Shown: positions 49,805 through 61,903 of the stretch, in pieces
How the letters are laid out: each line of letters opens with the position of its first letter
How positions within the stretch are numbered: the stretch's first letter is position 1
Notes under the pieces: model-generated
What the model was told of the DNA's origin: nothing
Seen by the model: only the letters and a program-made list of their open reading frames with translations
The model's database searches: none
Program-made: the position numbers and the translations under genes
Source: Tubulanus polymorphus
Taxonomy: Eukaryota; Animalia; Nemertea
Assembly: GCF_964204645.1 (NCBI RefSeq)
Contig: NC_134035.1
Coordinates: 6,572,001-6,636,000, forward strand
Direction of reading: 5' to 3'
DNA: 64,000 nt

Positions 49805-52800
49805 ATGGGGGAGAATGAACACCAGCCAGAAAACAATAATGTGAATAAAAATCAATATTATTGCACATATTGTAAAAAATACGTCGTAACATCTAATGAA
49901 ACACGACATGAAAAAACTGCAAATCATATAAAAAATGTAATAGATTTTGAAACTCCAGAAAATTCCAATGAAAGAAAAGAAAGATTAGAAAATATGAATG
50001 TGGATGAAATAAAATGTGAAGTTTGTAATGAATTTATAGTAAAAAGGAATTATAATAGACATCTCGAATCACATAAACACCATCAAAATTTGAGTAATAA
50101 TGTTTTAGGAAAAGATTTTTTTGATGATAAACCTCAAAAAGTAAAAAAACCAAATTCAAAAACTAAATCCATTTCAAATAAACCTTACATGGAAAATGTT
50201 AGAAATTATATTGATTCACTAGAAATAAAAGATACAATTGAAATTTTAGAAACATTACTACATAGTAAAATTGGTCCTGCAGCTATTATATTTAGATTTT
50301 TTAAAGGTACAACAATAGAAGATTATAGTAAATTTAATGAAATAATAGAAAAAATACTAGATTTGATAACAGATGTTGAATATCCAAAAATTAGTATCTC
50401 TGGGAAAGTAAGTTTTATAAAGTCAGAAGAAAAAATGGATTATAATATTCAAACACACTCTGAAGAAATAATTTCAAAAACACAAATAAAAGAGAAGTTA
50501 GAAAAAATATTTGATGAATTTAAACGTCATATTGAAGAAAGATATTTTGAGGGTTCTGGCTTAACATTGAATGAAATTATATATTTAGATTTAAATGTTT
50601 ATAATATAAAAAGAAATACAAAATCAAAAAGTAATAAAATGTTTAAAAATGATTCAAACTTTACAACAGAAAAGGATATTAAAGCATCATCTTATATTAA
50701 ATTACCATTTACAACAAAAGCAGTAATAAATATTTAAAATGAAGATTTTCTATGGTCAATTATTAGTTGCTTACATCCAACACAGGAAAATGTTTGTAGA
50801 ATAACAGATTATCGGAAATATGAAACATTATATAAAATTGATCAATATCCAGTAACTATAAAAATGATTTCTAAAATAGAAAAAGTTAATAATTTAAAAA
50901 TAAATGTATTCGAATTAATGCAATTACCAAAGACAAAAGGTGAACATATTAAAGATTATACATTGGAAGCTTTATATTTAACAGAATATTATGATGATGA
51001 AAATGCTATAGATTTGTTTTATTACAAAAAAGATGAAAATGAACATTATATGTGGTTAAAACAAATTGATTTATTCTTTAGAACAGAAAGTGATTATCAT
51101 CAAAAAATTTATCTATGTAGAAAATGTTTATCTAAATTTATGACTGAGAATACATTATTAAAACATAAAGAATTATGATAATAAAGATTTTTGTAAATTA
51201 ATAATGCCAACAGAAAAAGATTATAAATTGAAATTTACTAATCATAAATTTAAGAATATTGTTCCATTTGTAATTTATGGGGATTTTGAATCGTTGAATA
51301 AAGAATTAACCGATCAAGATAGAAAAGAAATATATAACAAAAAGCAATTATTTAAATCAATGGATAAAGGAAATGAATTAAATGAAGACACAACACAAGA
51401 CCCACCCATTATAAATACAATTAACAAAGTTCATCAAAGAGCTGCTGCTTATGGAATTTATATAAAATCAAATTATCCTGAATTATATGAAAGTCAATAT
51501 ATTTCTTTTAGAGGTGAAAATGTAGTTAATGATTTTTGTAATAAAATGATTGAATTAGAAAGTGATTTTGCAAAATTATTAAACAAAAATAAAAGAATAG
51601 TTATGACAAAAGAAGATGAAATTGATTTTAATTATGCAACTCATTGTTGTTATTGTGAAAAACGTTTTTATTCATTTGATAAAAAAGTTAGAGATCATGA
51701 TCATTTAAATTCAAAATAACGTGGAGCTGCTCATGAAGATTGCAATTTACAAGCTAAGAAAGTTAATTTCGTACCAATATTATTTCATAATTTATCAGGC
51801 TATGATACCCATCTATTTATAAAACAATTATCAGGAAAATTGGGTTCAATTAATCAAGAAATAGAAGAATATAATGCTATGAATGGTGTAAATGTAAGAA
51901 AATATGATTTTAAACTATTAGCTAAAACATCTGAAAATTATATTTCATTTCAATTTGGTTGTATTTGATTTTTAGATTCTTATAGATTTCTAGCAAGTTC
52001 ATTAGATAATTTATCAAAAAGTTTAGTTGATAATGATTTTGTTATAACTCGATATTATTATCCAAAAGACCAAGATTTTAAATTATTGAGATATAAAGGC
52101 GCAATTCCTTATTCATTTTATAAAACACACAATGATTTTAATGTAACAGAATTATTAAGAGATCAATTTTATGATCAATTAAAAGAGGAGTATGTGAAAG
52201 ACGAAGTGTTTAATAGAACATTACATATTTGGAACCATTTTAAGATGAAAAATCATGGTGAATTAGTTGATTTATATTCAAAATCAGATGTTATGATATT
52301 GGCTGACATATTTGAAAAATTTAGAGAAGTTAATTTGAATCATTTTAATGTTGATCCTTGTTATTGCTACCCTAGTCCTGGTTTAACCTGGCAATGTGGT
52401 TTAAAATATACAAATGTAGAATTAGATTTATTAAAAGAACCAGATATGGTTTTATTATTTGAAAAATCAATTAGAGGTGGAATGATGAATATAAATTATT
52501 ATATATTGACGCCAATAATTTGTATGGTTGGGCAATGATGCAACCTCAGCCATATAAAAATTTTATATTAACAGAAGTTGAAAATGATGATAAAACTAAT
52601 TGGGAAAGCGCAATTATGAGTTTAGAATATGAAGCACCAATTGGTTATTTCTTTGTAGTTGATTTAGAATATCCTGAAAATATAAAGTTTAAAACAAGAA
52701 ACTTACCTTATTGCCCAGAACATTTAACTGTAGATGATAGTTATTTAAGTGAATACCAGAAGAAAATAAAACCGAAAGATCATGTTTTTACAGAAAATTT

Positions 52801-54870
52801 AATACTTTCTCAAAATAATAAATACAATTATATTGTTCATTATAGAATGTTAAAATTTTATCTAAAACAAGGAATGAAATTAAAGAAAGTACATAGATAT
52901 ATTGAATTTAATCAATCGAAGTGGTTAGAAAAATATATAGATTTCAATACTCAACAGAGAACCATATCAAAAACAGATTTTGAAAAAGATTTCTTCAAAT
53001 TAATGAATAATAGTTTTTATGGTAAAACATGTGAAAATATTAGAAATAGAAATGATATTGAATTAGTAAATAATTCTGAAAGATTAAGACATTTACAATC
53101 AAGTCCTAGACATTTAGGAAATACAAGATTTGAAGATTATTTAACCGCAGTAAAATTAAAAAGAACGTCAATGAAATTTAATAAACCTATATTCATTGGT
53201 CCAACTGTTTTAGAAGTATCAAAATTATTAATGTATGATTTTTATTATAATGTTTTACAACCACTTTTTGGGGAAAAGCATATTGAATTATTATATTTTG
53301 ATTCTGTAACAGCTGACACCCCAATATTATTAAAATGTAATGATAAAATATTGATAAGAAGAATTTCAGAAATAATTCCAAAACAAAATGAATGTTATAT
53401 TTCATATGGTGAAAAAGAATTAATACAAATAAATGGATTAATGGATGTTTGGACAATAAATGGATGGAAAAAATTAAAGAATATTATTAGACATAAAACA
53501 AATAAGAAAATCTATAGAGTTAGAACTAAATTAGGGTTTGTTGATGTTACAGAAGACCATAGTTTAATTAAACGAAATGGCGATGAAATAAAACCAACTG
53601 ATTTAAAAATTGGAGATGAATTATTACATTAAAGATTTTTCCAAAGAATGAATCATATTAATATTAAGGATTTTTCATGAGTGATGGTTCAGCAGGTGTG
53701 TATAATTATGTTAATCGCACTCAATATTGCTGGTATTTATGCAATCAAGACTTAAAATTATTAGAAAGAATAAAGAAATTCTGTGAAGAAGTTTATCCAA
53801 ATAAAACATTTAAAATCATGGATGTTATGAAATCATCGCAATGTTATAGAATACATGTGAATAATCCTAAAGATTTTGCTATAAAATATAATGACGAATT
53901 CCATATTCATGCAATAGTGAAAAGTAATACTTCAACTAAAGAAAAGATAGTGCCAGATTATGTATTAAATGCAAAAAATAATTTAAGAAAATGGTTCTTC
54001 ATTGGATTCTATGCCGCAGATGGCACTAAAAAATTTACAAAGGATAAAAAGATAACCTTTGCACAGAAAGGAAAAGTTGCTATATCAGGGTTAAATATAT
54101 TATGTAATTCATTAGGCTTCAATACGAATATTGGGTTGATTAAATCTAAACCAAATTGCTTGAATTTAAGCCACACAGAAAAAGATTTAACTGAAGAAGT
54201 TAAAGATTTATTTGAAATATATAACCCAACAGATTATGTTTATGATTTATCAACTGAAGATGGTACATTTAACTGTGGATTTCCATTAATAGCCCAAAAT
54301 ACCGACGCCTACATACTAAAAATCAAGACAAATGACATAACAAAAGACTTAAAAACATTAAAACATCATTTTGATTTTAGCAATTATCCCAAAGATCATG
54401 AACTATTTAGCAATGATAATAAAAAGATTCCTGGTAAGTTTAAAGATGAATTAGGGGGTGATGAAATGATTGAATTTGTTGGGATAAGAAATAAAATGTA
54501 TAGTTACAGAACAAAAGATCATGAAGCTAAAAAGTTAAAAGGAATAACAAAACATGTGGTTGATAAACATATAGAATTTCAAGATTATATAAAGTGTTTA
54601 TATAACTCAATTGTAATGAAACATAAAATGAATTGTTTAGGATCAGAGGATCACGAGATGTACATTAATGAAGTTGAAAAAACTACTTTGAATCCATTTG
54701 ATGATAAAAGGCATATTTTAGATGATGGTATAAAAACATTACCTTATGGCCATAAAAACATAAAATCAATATCATCATACTCGAAATCACTATTGGCTTC
54801 TTCATTTTCATTTAATTGTTCTTGTATAATTTGTTTAGGTTCTTCCATTTCATTTTTCTCATTTCAATAA
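49805..54870 (+). pseudogene. Protein-primed PolB interrupted by an intein; several stops and frameshifts
   Basis: VIYGDFES, VRDHDH, YIDANNLYGWAM, KLMNNSFYGK, YFD[intein]TDA, PGKFKDE, PFDDKR; collinear with element 1 pPolB. Confidence 0.95.
53303..54300 (+). mobile_element. Intein with LAGLIDADG homing endonuclease in PolB motif C (disrupted at ~53630-53670)
   Basis: Block A SVTADTPILL, block B VDVTEDHSL, block C GFFMSDGS, block E FFIGFYAADG, block F YVYDLSTEDGTF, block G LIAQN|T. Precisely absent from the paralogous YFDTDS in element 1. Confidence 0.92.
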
Positions 54871-55199
54871 AGTTCTATCTTGTTCCACATTTCATCTCGC
54901 TCTCTTTGTTTCTTTTTGTTTGTTAATTCATCAAATGGAATTATAATAGCTATGTTTAAATAATTTACAATCTTATTTAAAAAGAATTCATTGAATTTAT
55001 TGAATCTGTTATTCTATTTTCCAAATGATACATTAATATTTGTTTAAATATTTTTTTTATATTTTCCATATCTTCTTCTGTTAATTTAGGTTTTTCATAA
55101 TAATCGTTAAATAATAAATATAAATACATTTTCTTTTGTTTTGTGTTAAACGTTGATGGAATAATTGTTTTATAATATCTTTTTTAGTTATTTCACCAT
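54765..55199 (-). pseudogene. Degraded hypothetical gene converging on pPolB
   Basis: A-rich codon-like minus strand with fragments such as NDYYEKPKLTEEDMENIKK; several stops. Confidence 0.35.
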
Positions 55200-55217
55200 T
55201 TTTATTTTCTATTATTT

Positions 55218-56075
55218 TCATTTTTTCAAGCCATTGCATATATTCTGATCTTCTATAGAAAATATTTTAGAAATTTCATCTAGATAATTTAATTTTGGAT
55301 CTATGAGAAAATTTCTAGTTTTTTCTTCACCCCATAAATTCTTTTGCCATCCACAATCAACACAAAATAACACAGTACCTTCTTGTCTTAAGGTCGCGTA
55401 TTTACATTGTGGGCATTTTTGTTTATAATTTCTTGGTAATAGATCTCCATTAAGCTCTTGGTATTTTCTTACGTTTTCTTTATGTTTTATTGTTCTATTA
55501 TGTAGATTTGAATTACTTGTTGTAATAATCAATTTACAATATTTACAATAATATGTTTTTCTTGTTAATTCATTATATTGTTTTTCTAACTTTTCAACTG
55601 TTTCTTTATTATCTGGTAACGTTTTCTCATATTTTATTTTTTCTAATATATTATTTTTTCTTTCATTGAATTCAGTTTCAAATTTATTAGAAATTTTATC
55701 TATATGTGCTTTACGATATTGATGATTCTCCCAATCTTCTATATTTTCAGGGCTATATTTTATTCGACAAGGCTCGCAGAAATGATCTTTTATATTATCC
55801 TTATCATAGAATATGAAAGGTCTTTTCCAAATAATTTCAGGTTCAAGTTCAACAGAATTACTATTACTTTCATTACTATCAACATTAGCCATTGCGCCAT
55901 TAATTTTACACTTCTCTGAATGTTTTTTAACATAATTTCTTGAGAATAATTTATTACATTTTGGGCAGTTTAGTTTAGGGGGTTTATAATTTTCATCATG
56001 TTTTTTCATATGTCGAGCCATATTACTTTTTCTTAGAAGTTCACCACAAATTTCACATCCTATCTTCTCATCCAT
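55218..56075 (-). CDS. Multi-zinc-finger protein
   Basis: CEIC..H..H, CPKC..H..C, CEPC..H..H, CKYC..H..H and CPQC...CVDC; intact ORF with TAAATG start. Confidence 0.8.
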   Translation of the reverse strand: MDEKIGCEICGELLRKSNMARHMKKHDENYKPPKLNCPKCNKLFSRNYVKKHSEKCKINGAMANVDSNESNSNSVELEPEIIWKRPFIFYDKDNIKDHFCEPCRIKYSPENIEDWENHQYRKAHIDKISNKFETEFNERKNNILEKIKYEKTLPDNKETVEKLEKQYNELTRKTYYCKYCKLIITTSNSNLHNRTIKHKENVRKYQELNGDLLPRNYKQKCPQCKYATLRQEGTVLFCVDCGWQKNLWGEEKTRNFLIDPKLNYLDEISKIFSIEDQNICNGLKK

Positions 56076-56139
56076 TTATTAAGGAAAAATTTTTTTAAAA
56101 TTAATTTTTAGTGATGAGCGGTTATTTATGTTATAAATA

Positions 56140-56911
56140 ATGGTAGAATTAAAAGAATACAGAATATTTGTTGATTCAAGAAAACTTACAAATTATAAAT
56201 CTCATAATTTACTAGTACAATTAGATAGAGAATTCAAGAATTGTGTTGATTTAAGATTAGTAGATATAAGTTTATGTAATTCTTTTTTATAACACATCGG
56301 ATAAATCTATTGAACATAGATTGTTTATGATTTTTGATAGAAATGCCGATGAATGGTATCATATATTTATAAGACCAGGATTAAATAATTTAAAAACATT
56401 AGCGAAAGAAATTAATAGAAGAGCTAGGGCAAAAATGGGCGCGGCTGCTGGATTTGTAATTAAATTTTTAAAAAGTGATATCAATAATAAAGTAAGAATA
56501 AAGTTAGACAAAGACATAAATTTAATTTTAAAACATAAATTTTTAGTTAAAAAACCTATGGCAAAACTGTTAGGAATTAATCTAGATAAACTTTATTCAA
56601 ATGTTGATACTACGCCAAATATAATACCTGTTACGCACTTCTATATTTATTGTAATTTAATTGATCCTACAAAAACTTTCGAAGCAACTAAAGATACAAT
56701 TTGTAATTCTAGTATACTAAATATTTTACCATTAAAAAATGTTAAACAATTTGGAACGCAAATAAATTATAATTTAACAGAATGTGATTTTAAACCTTGT
56801 ATTCCTCAATTTAATAATTTTAAATTAGAAATAAGAAATCATAATGGATATTAAATTGATTTGAATAACTTTCCTGTAATATATGAATTAGTTATAAGAT
56901 GTAAAGAGTAA
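56140..56911 (+). pseudogene. Minor capsid (penton) protein, frameshifted
   Basis: Homolog of 43250-43952; MVELKEYRIFVDSRK...FYIYCNLIDP...ELVIRCKE. Confidence 0.75.
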
Positions 56912-56927
56912 TTTTTTCACTATATAA

Positions 56928-57272
56928 ATGAATATAGCTGTTGGACCGAGTTTATGTTTTGGATTTGATTTTAAACGTGAGAAAGAAATGAATTTAACGT
57001 TAATGATGTAATTACACATATCAAAAATATTGCATTTTCTAATGAAACAACATTAGAGTATGAAACAACAATAGATAAAGAAACTTTAAATGTAGAAAAG
57101 TTTACTAATTTAATTAGAGAATCTTAAGAATAAGATTTTATGAATTAGATGAAGATTTTATTATAGATGATATCAAAAAAATAATAATTGAAATATATAC
57201 AAATGAAACTAGTAATGAAATAAATGTTGATTTAATCATAAATAAGTTATCTAAATATTTTGATGATAGTAA
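56928..57272 (+). pseudogene. Homolog of 42893-43234
   Basis: Near-identical DNA in reverse complement; frameshifted. Confidence 0.65.
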
Positions 57273-57288
57273 TTTTTATGATTAATAA

Positions 57289-57509
57289 ATGAGTGATAAT
57301 AAGTGGATAATAACTGGATTATATAATGGCGCATTACTATCAGTTGGAACTGTTGGTTATACAATGGTATTAAAAAGGTATTCAAAATGGGAAGTGTTAA
57401 TGTTGATAGATTTGATATCAATGATATTTTAAAATTAACATTAGCAGTTACTTTATCTAATTTAACTATTGATTATTTAGAAAAACCAAAATATATTCCT
57501 CCCATATAA
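57289..57509 (+). pseudogene. Small membrane protein, homolog of 42607-42876
   Basis: MSDNKWIITGLYNGALLSVG...; 1-bp frameshift. Confidence 0.7.
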
Positions 57510-57533
57510 ATACATAATTATTTTACTAAATAA

Positions 57534-57957
57534 ATGGCTTCTGCAGTTATAACTATTATAGGATCGGCAATTGTTAACGCTTTAGCATTTACTGGTGGTG
57601 CTTATTTATTTAAACATATTGATAAAAATGGATCATTAACAGAACAAAAAAAGGCATAACTTAGCATTAGAGAAATATAATAAAGCAGCAGAAGAATATA
57701 GAGAAAAGAGACAAAACTATATGTATTATATTAACAAAGAATTATATGATCAGAAGATTTCACATAGAGATTTTCAATCAGTTGATGATGCAATGAGTTT
57801 ATATAACGCGGTAAGCAATAAAGAAAAATTACATCTATACAAACCTAAATTATCAGATTATTATACCCCAAGTAATGAACAGAAGAAATATGAAATAATG
57901 TGGATTTTAGGCGGAACTGTTATTGTTATATTTGTTGCTTATAAGTTTACTAATTAG
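57534..57957 (+). pseudogene. Homolog of 42205-42625
   Basis: MASAVITIIGSAIVNALAF...; frameshift in the A-run at ~57650. Confidence 0.7.
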
Positions 57958-57960
57958 TAA

Positions 57961-57980
57961 TTTTTTTTGTTAAATAAATG
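57961..57980 (+). promoter_or_regulatory. Representative T-run/6-nt/TAAATG putative late-promoter motif (recurs before most Polinton genes)
   Basis: TTTTTTTT-GTTAAA-TAAATG; similar architecture at 33704, 38940, 40403, 41742, 42184, 42876, 43234, 49805, 56928, 58418, 59070 and 63946. Confidence 0.6.
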
Positions 57981-58401
57981 GAAGATAAAGTTGATAATAT
58001 TGATATTATTCCTCATGATATAAATAAAACTAAATTAAAAATATATTCAGAAAAACAAATATTAGAATTTGAAAATGACTTAAAAGTTAAAAAGAAAAAA
58101 TATTTAAAAGGTAAAATTATATATTATTTGATTATAAGTGGTTCGGTTACGATTAGTTCTGTAATAACTTTTCTAGCAATATTTTCACCATTAACACCTT
58201 TAGCTATATCAATTGGCGTACTAGGATTAAGTTCAAGTGTTTTAACTGGTATAGGTTCAAAATTAAATATAAAAGGTAATAAAGAAAAAATTAAAACTAA
58301 TTAATTAATTAAAGAATACACTAGATTATATAATAAGTTTAAATGGCAATAAAACAGTTGAAGAACAAGATAAATTATTAAAAGAATTAATAAATTATTA
58401 A
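57978..58401 (+). pseudogene. Two-TM membrane protein, homolog of 41759-42184
   Basis: Near-identical protein, truncated by a small indel at ~58300. Confidence 0.7.
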
Positions 58402-58417
58402 TTTTTTAGTTATATAA

Positions 58418-59053
58418 ATGGCAGATAGTTTTCCAAAAGCTTTCCAATATAATAAATCAATTAAATATAATATTCCTGCAATAGATTTTAATAAAGATAT
58501 TACATATAGAAATGTTTTAAATTCATTAATTGATTTATATATTTATGTTACTGAAAGTAATAATTTTCATGTAAAGATGGAAAATATATTTCATGTGTAT
58601 ACAATTAAAAACATTGTAAGATATCAAAATTATTTAGATAAATTACATATTAGATTAAATTATTGTATAGGCCCTAATCTATTAATTATTTCTAATGATT
58701 TAGTATTATAGATGGGAAACATAATTGGTTATAATAATCTAATTAAAACTGCAACAATAAATAATTCATTTGGAATAAATGATATAAATGAAAAGAGTAT
58801 TACTGCTCCAAAATTAATGGAAGGTGGAAAAAATAAAAAACATATTCAATCAACAGAAACTAAAACAAAAGATATTAAATTGGATAATGATTCTAAAATA
58901 AAAGATTACAATACATCAGAAAATATTAAAACTGATAATATTCAACATGATATAATTAAAACTGATAATGATAATAAATTCCATGAAAATACTAATTTAG
59001 CTTTAACTTGTATAGGAATTGTTATAGGAGGAATATTATATTTTAAATTTTAA
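58418..59053 (+). pseudogene. Homolog of 40420-41742 with a large internal deletion
   Basis: N-terminus joins directly to IVRYQNYLD; roughly 0.7 kb missing relative to element 1. Confidence 0.75.
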
Positions 59054-59069
59054 TTTTTTTATTATATAA

Positions 59070-60452
59070 ATGGATGTAGAAGGTGGAGTAGATATTCAGT
59101 TGGATCATTTAGATGAACCTGGTATAAGTGATGAACAACCACCTGATTTTGGTGAAATAAGTTTTAATGACGGTAATGAGCCAGGACGTAATTCTAATTC
59201 AACTACACCTGAATTTATTGATAAAACACGTTCAAAGATAAGTATTGAAAATGAAGTACCAGAATTAACAGAAAAAAAATTTAAATATAATGAAATTGCT
59301 AGTGATTTTAAACCAATGTTAAAAAGATCTGGTTTCAATATAACAAATAAAGGTATGGATTATTTAGTAGAAGATTTGAAATGTTTAAATGGCGATTATT
59401 ATTGGAAATTGAAAGGCGACTATTATTTTAAGATTTCTTCTAATAAAAGTCTCGATAAAATAATAACAAAATCAACTTTTAATTTATTAAAACCAGATAG
59501 AATTAAGAAAATCATTAATGATATTATAACTGATGTTACACAAGAAGAAAGAGATGATAATATAAGAGAATTTGAAAAAAGAAATGATTATTTTTTGAAG
59601 ATAATTAATGAAAATTTAGAACCAGAAACAACTTCTGAACAGAATAAAACTTCCAAAACTAGTAAACCTAAATCAACCGAAGTTCAAACTGAAAAACTTT
59701 TACAAAATGGGTTACTTGATGCAACAAATCAAGAATTAGAAGATTTAAATATATTTTCTGATGAAGCAATTAGAGAAATTATTAGTATAAGAAATGAAGC
59801 TGATAAAATTGCACATAATAAAAGTAAAAGTGATATTAAAATTAGAACTTTAGAAAAAGAATTAACTGATAAAAATAAAGAAATAGAACAACTAAAGTCT
59901 GATCTTGATAGTCAAGTAATTGTTGAAATGGAATATAGGCAAAAAGAATTACGTTTAGAAAAAGAAATTAATAATTTAAAAGATAATTTAGAAGTACAGA
60001 AAGAAGAAATAAAATTATTATTAAAATCATATGATTATAATATTAATAGATTAAAAGTTATTTTTAAAGATTTGTTGATAAAACCAAATTCTGAAATATC
60101 ATTGAAAGATAGAATAAAGTTATTATTTAAATTAGAAGGAATAACAATTCTTTCAATTCTAACAGCTGTAACTATGTTATTTACAACAATTGGTTTAGCA
60201 ATATCAAATGCTTTAAAATCTACTCCTACTCCAAATAAACCGGATAAACCCCCGAATGATAATAATTCTATACAAGATAAAGTTAAAGATGGTTTGAAAA
60301 AATTAGCAAAATATTTATGGGAACTATCTAAAAAATCTGCTGCAGCTTTACCAGGAATTATTGCATCAATTGTTGGTTTTATATTGAAATCTGCTGGGAA
60401 TATTCTTAACTTTGCTGCTGAACATATTATTTTATTTTTTGACGCCTTATAA
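59070..60452 (+). CDS. Coiled-coil / multi-TM protein, 3' end truncated
   Basis: 460-aa ORF homologous to 38937-40403; homology stops at ~60439. Confidence 0.8.
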   Translation: MDVEGGVDIQLDHLDEPGISDEQPPDFGEISFNDGNEPGRNSNSTTPEFIDKTRSKISIENEVPELTEKKFKYNEIASDFKPMLKRSGFNITNKGMDYLVEDLKCLNGDYYWKLKGDYYFKISSNKSLDKIITKSTFNLLKPDRIKKIINDIITDVTQEERDDNIREFEKRNDYFLKIINENLEPETTSEQNKTSKTSKPKSTEVQTEKLLQNGLLDATNQELEDLNIFSDEAIREIISIRNEADKIAHNKSKSDIKIRTLEKELTDKNKEIEQLKSDLDSQVIVEMEYRQKELRLEKEINNLKDNLEVQKEEIKLLLKSYDYNINRLKVIFKDLLIKPNSEISLKDRIKLLFKLEGITILSILTAVTMLFTTIGLAISNALKSTPTPNKPDKPPNDNNSIQDKVKDGLKKLAKYLWELSKKSAAALPGIIASIVGFILKSAGNILNFAAEHIILFFDAL

Positions 60453-60802
60453 AACGTTACCATTATGAAACCTAAACAATGCTAACCATTCAGCGTCATT
60501 TTACAAACGACAGCCGTAAATCGATGTGCAAAACGTCACAGGTTTATGTGTACACAAACAAGCTATCTGGCAAAATATTATTGACATAGATGTAGAATGG
60601 CTTCCTGTGATTATATAATGACCTATATTTGAACGTCGAAATGTTATATTGCATTGAATATCATTAGAAGACGTTTTGTTTTAGTAAAGGATGTATGATT
60701 ATATCAGAAGCGGCAGGCATAAATATAAATGATAAGTAAATCGGATTATTCGGTTAAATGGCGGATGTATACACGATGCGGAAGTCTGATATAAAAGTCA
60801 GA
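60440..60802. other. Foreign, higher-GC filler replacing the MCP promoter and 5' end
   Basis: No match to element 1; homology resumes at CCGATATAAAAGTAAC. Confidence 0.75.
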
Positions 60803-61873
60803 CCGATATAAAAGTAACTGGTCATGATAATAATTATGTTGTCGATAATGTTGGGAGATATTTGATTAAAAAATTAACTATAAAGATTGGTCCAGAAACA
60901 GTTTTCTCATTAGATGATTATAATTTATTTATGCATTATAAAGATTTATGGTTAACTAAAGAAAATAGATTTAATATGATATTTCAAGGCATTCAATCGG
61001 AAAACCATAATAAATTAAGATCTGAAGCCAATAATGCAGTAGTAACTAGTGCCGCAGATAATTTGATAAAAAAGATTTATGGAAGCAAATATAAAATTCC
61101 ATTAGACTTTGAATTGATGAATAATAATGCACCTTTATATAAATATGTAATTCAAGAACATATTATATTTGAGATAACATTTGCTCCTGTAAATGAAATT
61201 GTATTATCTAGCGTTGTTAAAGATATGGGTTATAAATTATCGAATATATGTTTAGAATATGACACAGTAACTAATGACAATAATGCTAGCACAATTCAAA
61301 CTCAATACAATCAAGGATTTTCATTATTATATGATTATATTGATAAATTTAAAACTGTAACTATTAATGCAAATGATGAAATAATTAATGAGAATATTAA
61401 CTCCCCAAGAAGATCTATTAAAGGTATATTAATATTTTTTACCATTGCAACATATTATAATGGCACAATAAAGGTAGATAATTATTATAATCCTAAAATA
61501 ACAAAAGTAGAAATAACTATCGAAGGAATAGCAAATAAAATATTTTGTCAAGGAATGAGAATGATTGATCAATGGCCAGAAATTAGAAAACATTTTATGA
61601 ATGAAAAAGTAAAATCATTTGAAAATTGAAATTTGAAATATTAATCAAATTGATTATTATACCGGCAATAAATATGCATTATGGTTAGATTTTAGAACAA
61701 CAGAGGATAATTCATTACATGGTTCTGGGAAAAAACTACAGAACACAAAAGATGGAATACAATTATTCATGAAAAAGAAAAAAGGAAGCTTAAATTTTAA
61801 AATGCACATTTATATTATATCTGACGCACAATTAAATATTGTAAATTCACAATTAGATAGTATTCAATATTAG
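60803..61873 (+). pseudogene. Major capsid protein (5' truncated, frameshifted)
   Basis: Homolog of 37695-38940. Confidence 0.8.
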
Positions 61874-61903
61874 AAATATAAAGTTAAAATTAAGGATATA
61901 TAA

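Noticed and set aside
38905-60463. Antisense ORFs such as 38905-39546, 36903-37154, 44826-45008, 45498-45728, 53193-53456, 59105-59338 and 60035-60463
   Set aside because: Shadows of real genes on the opposite strand; no motifs and no TAAATG starts.
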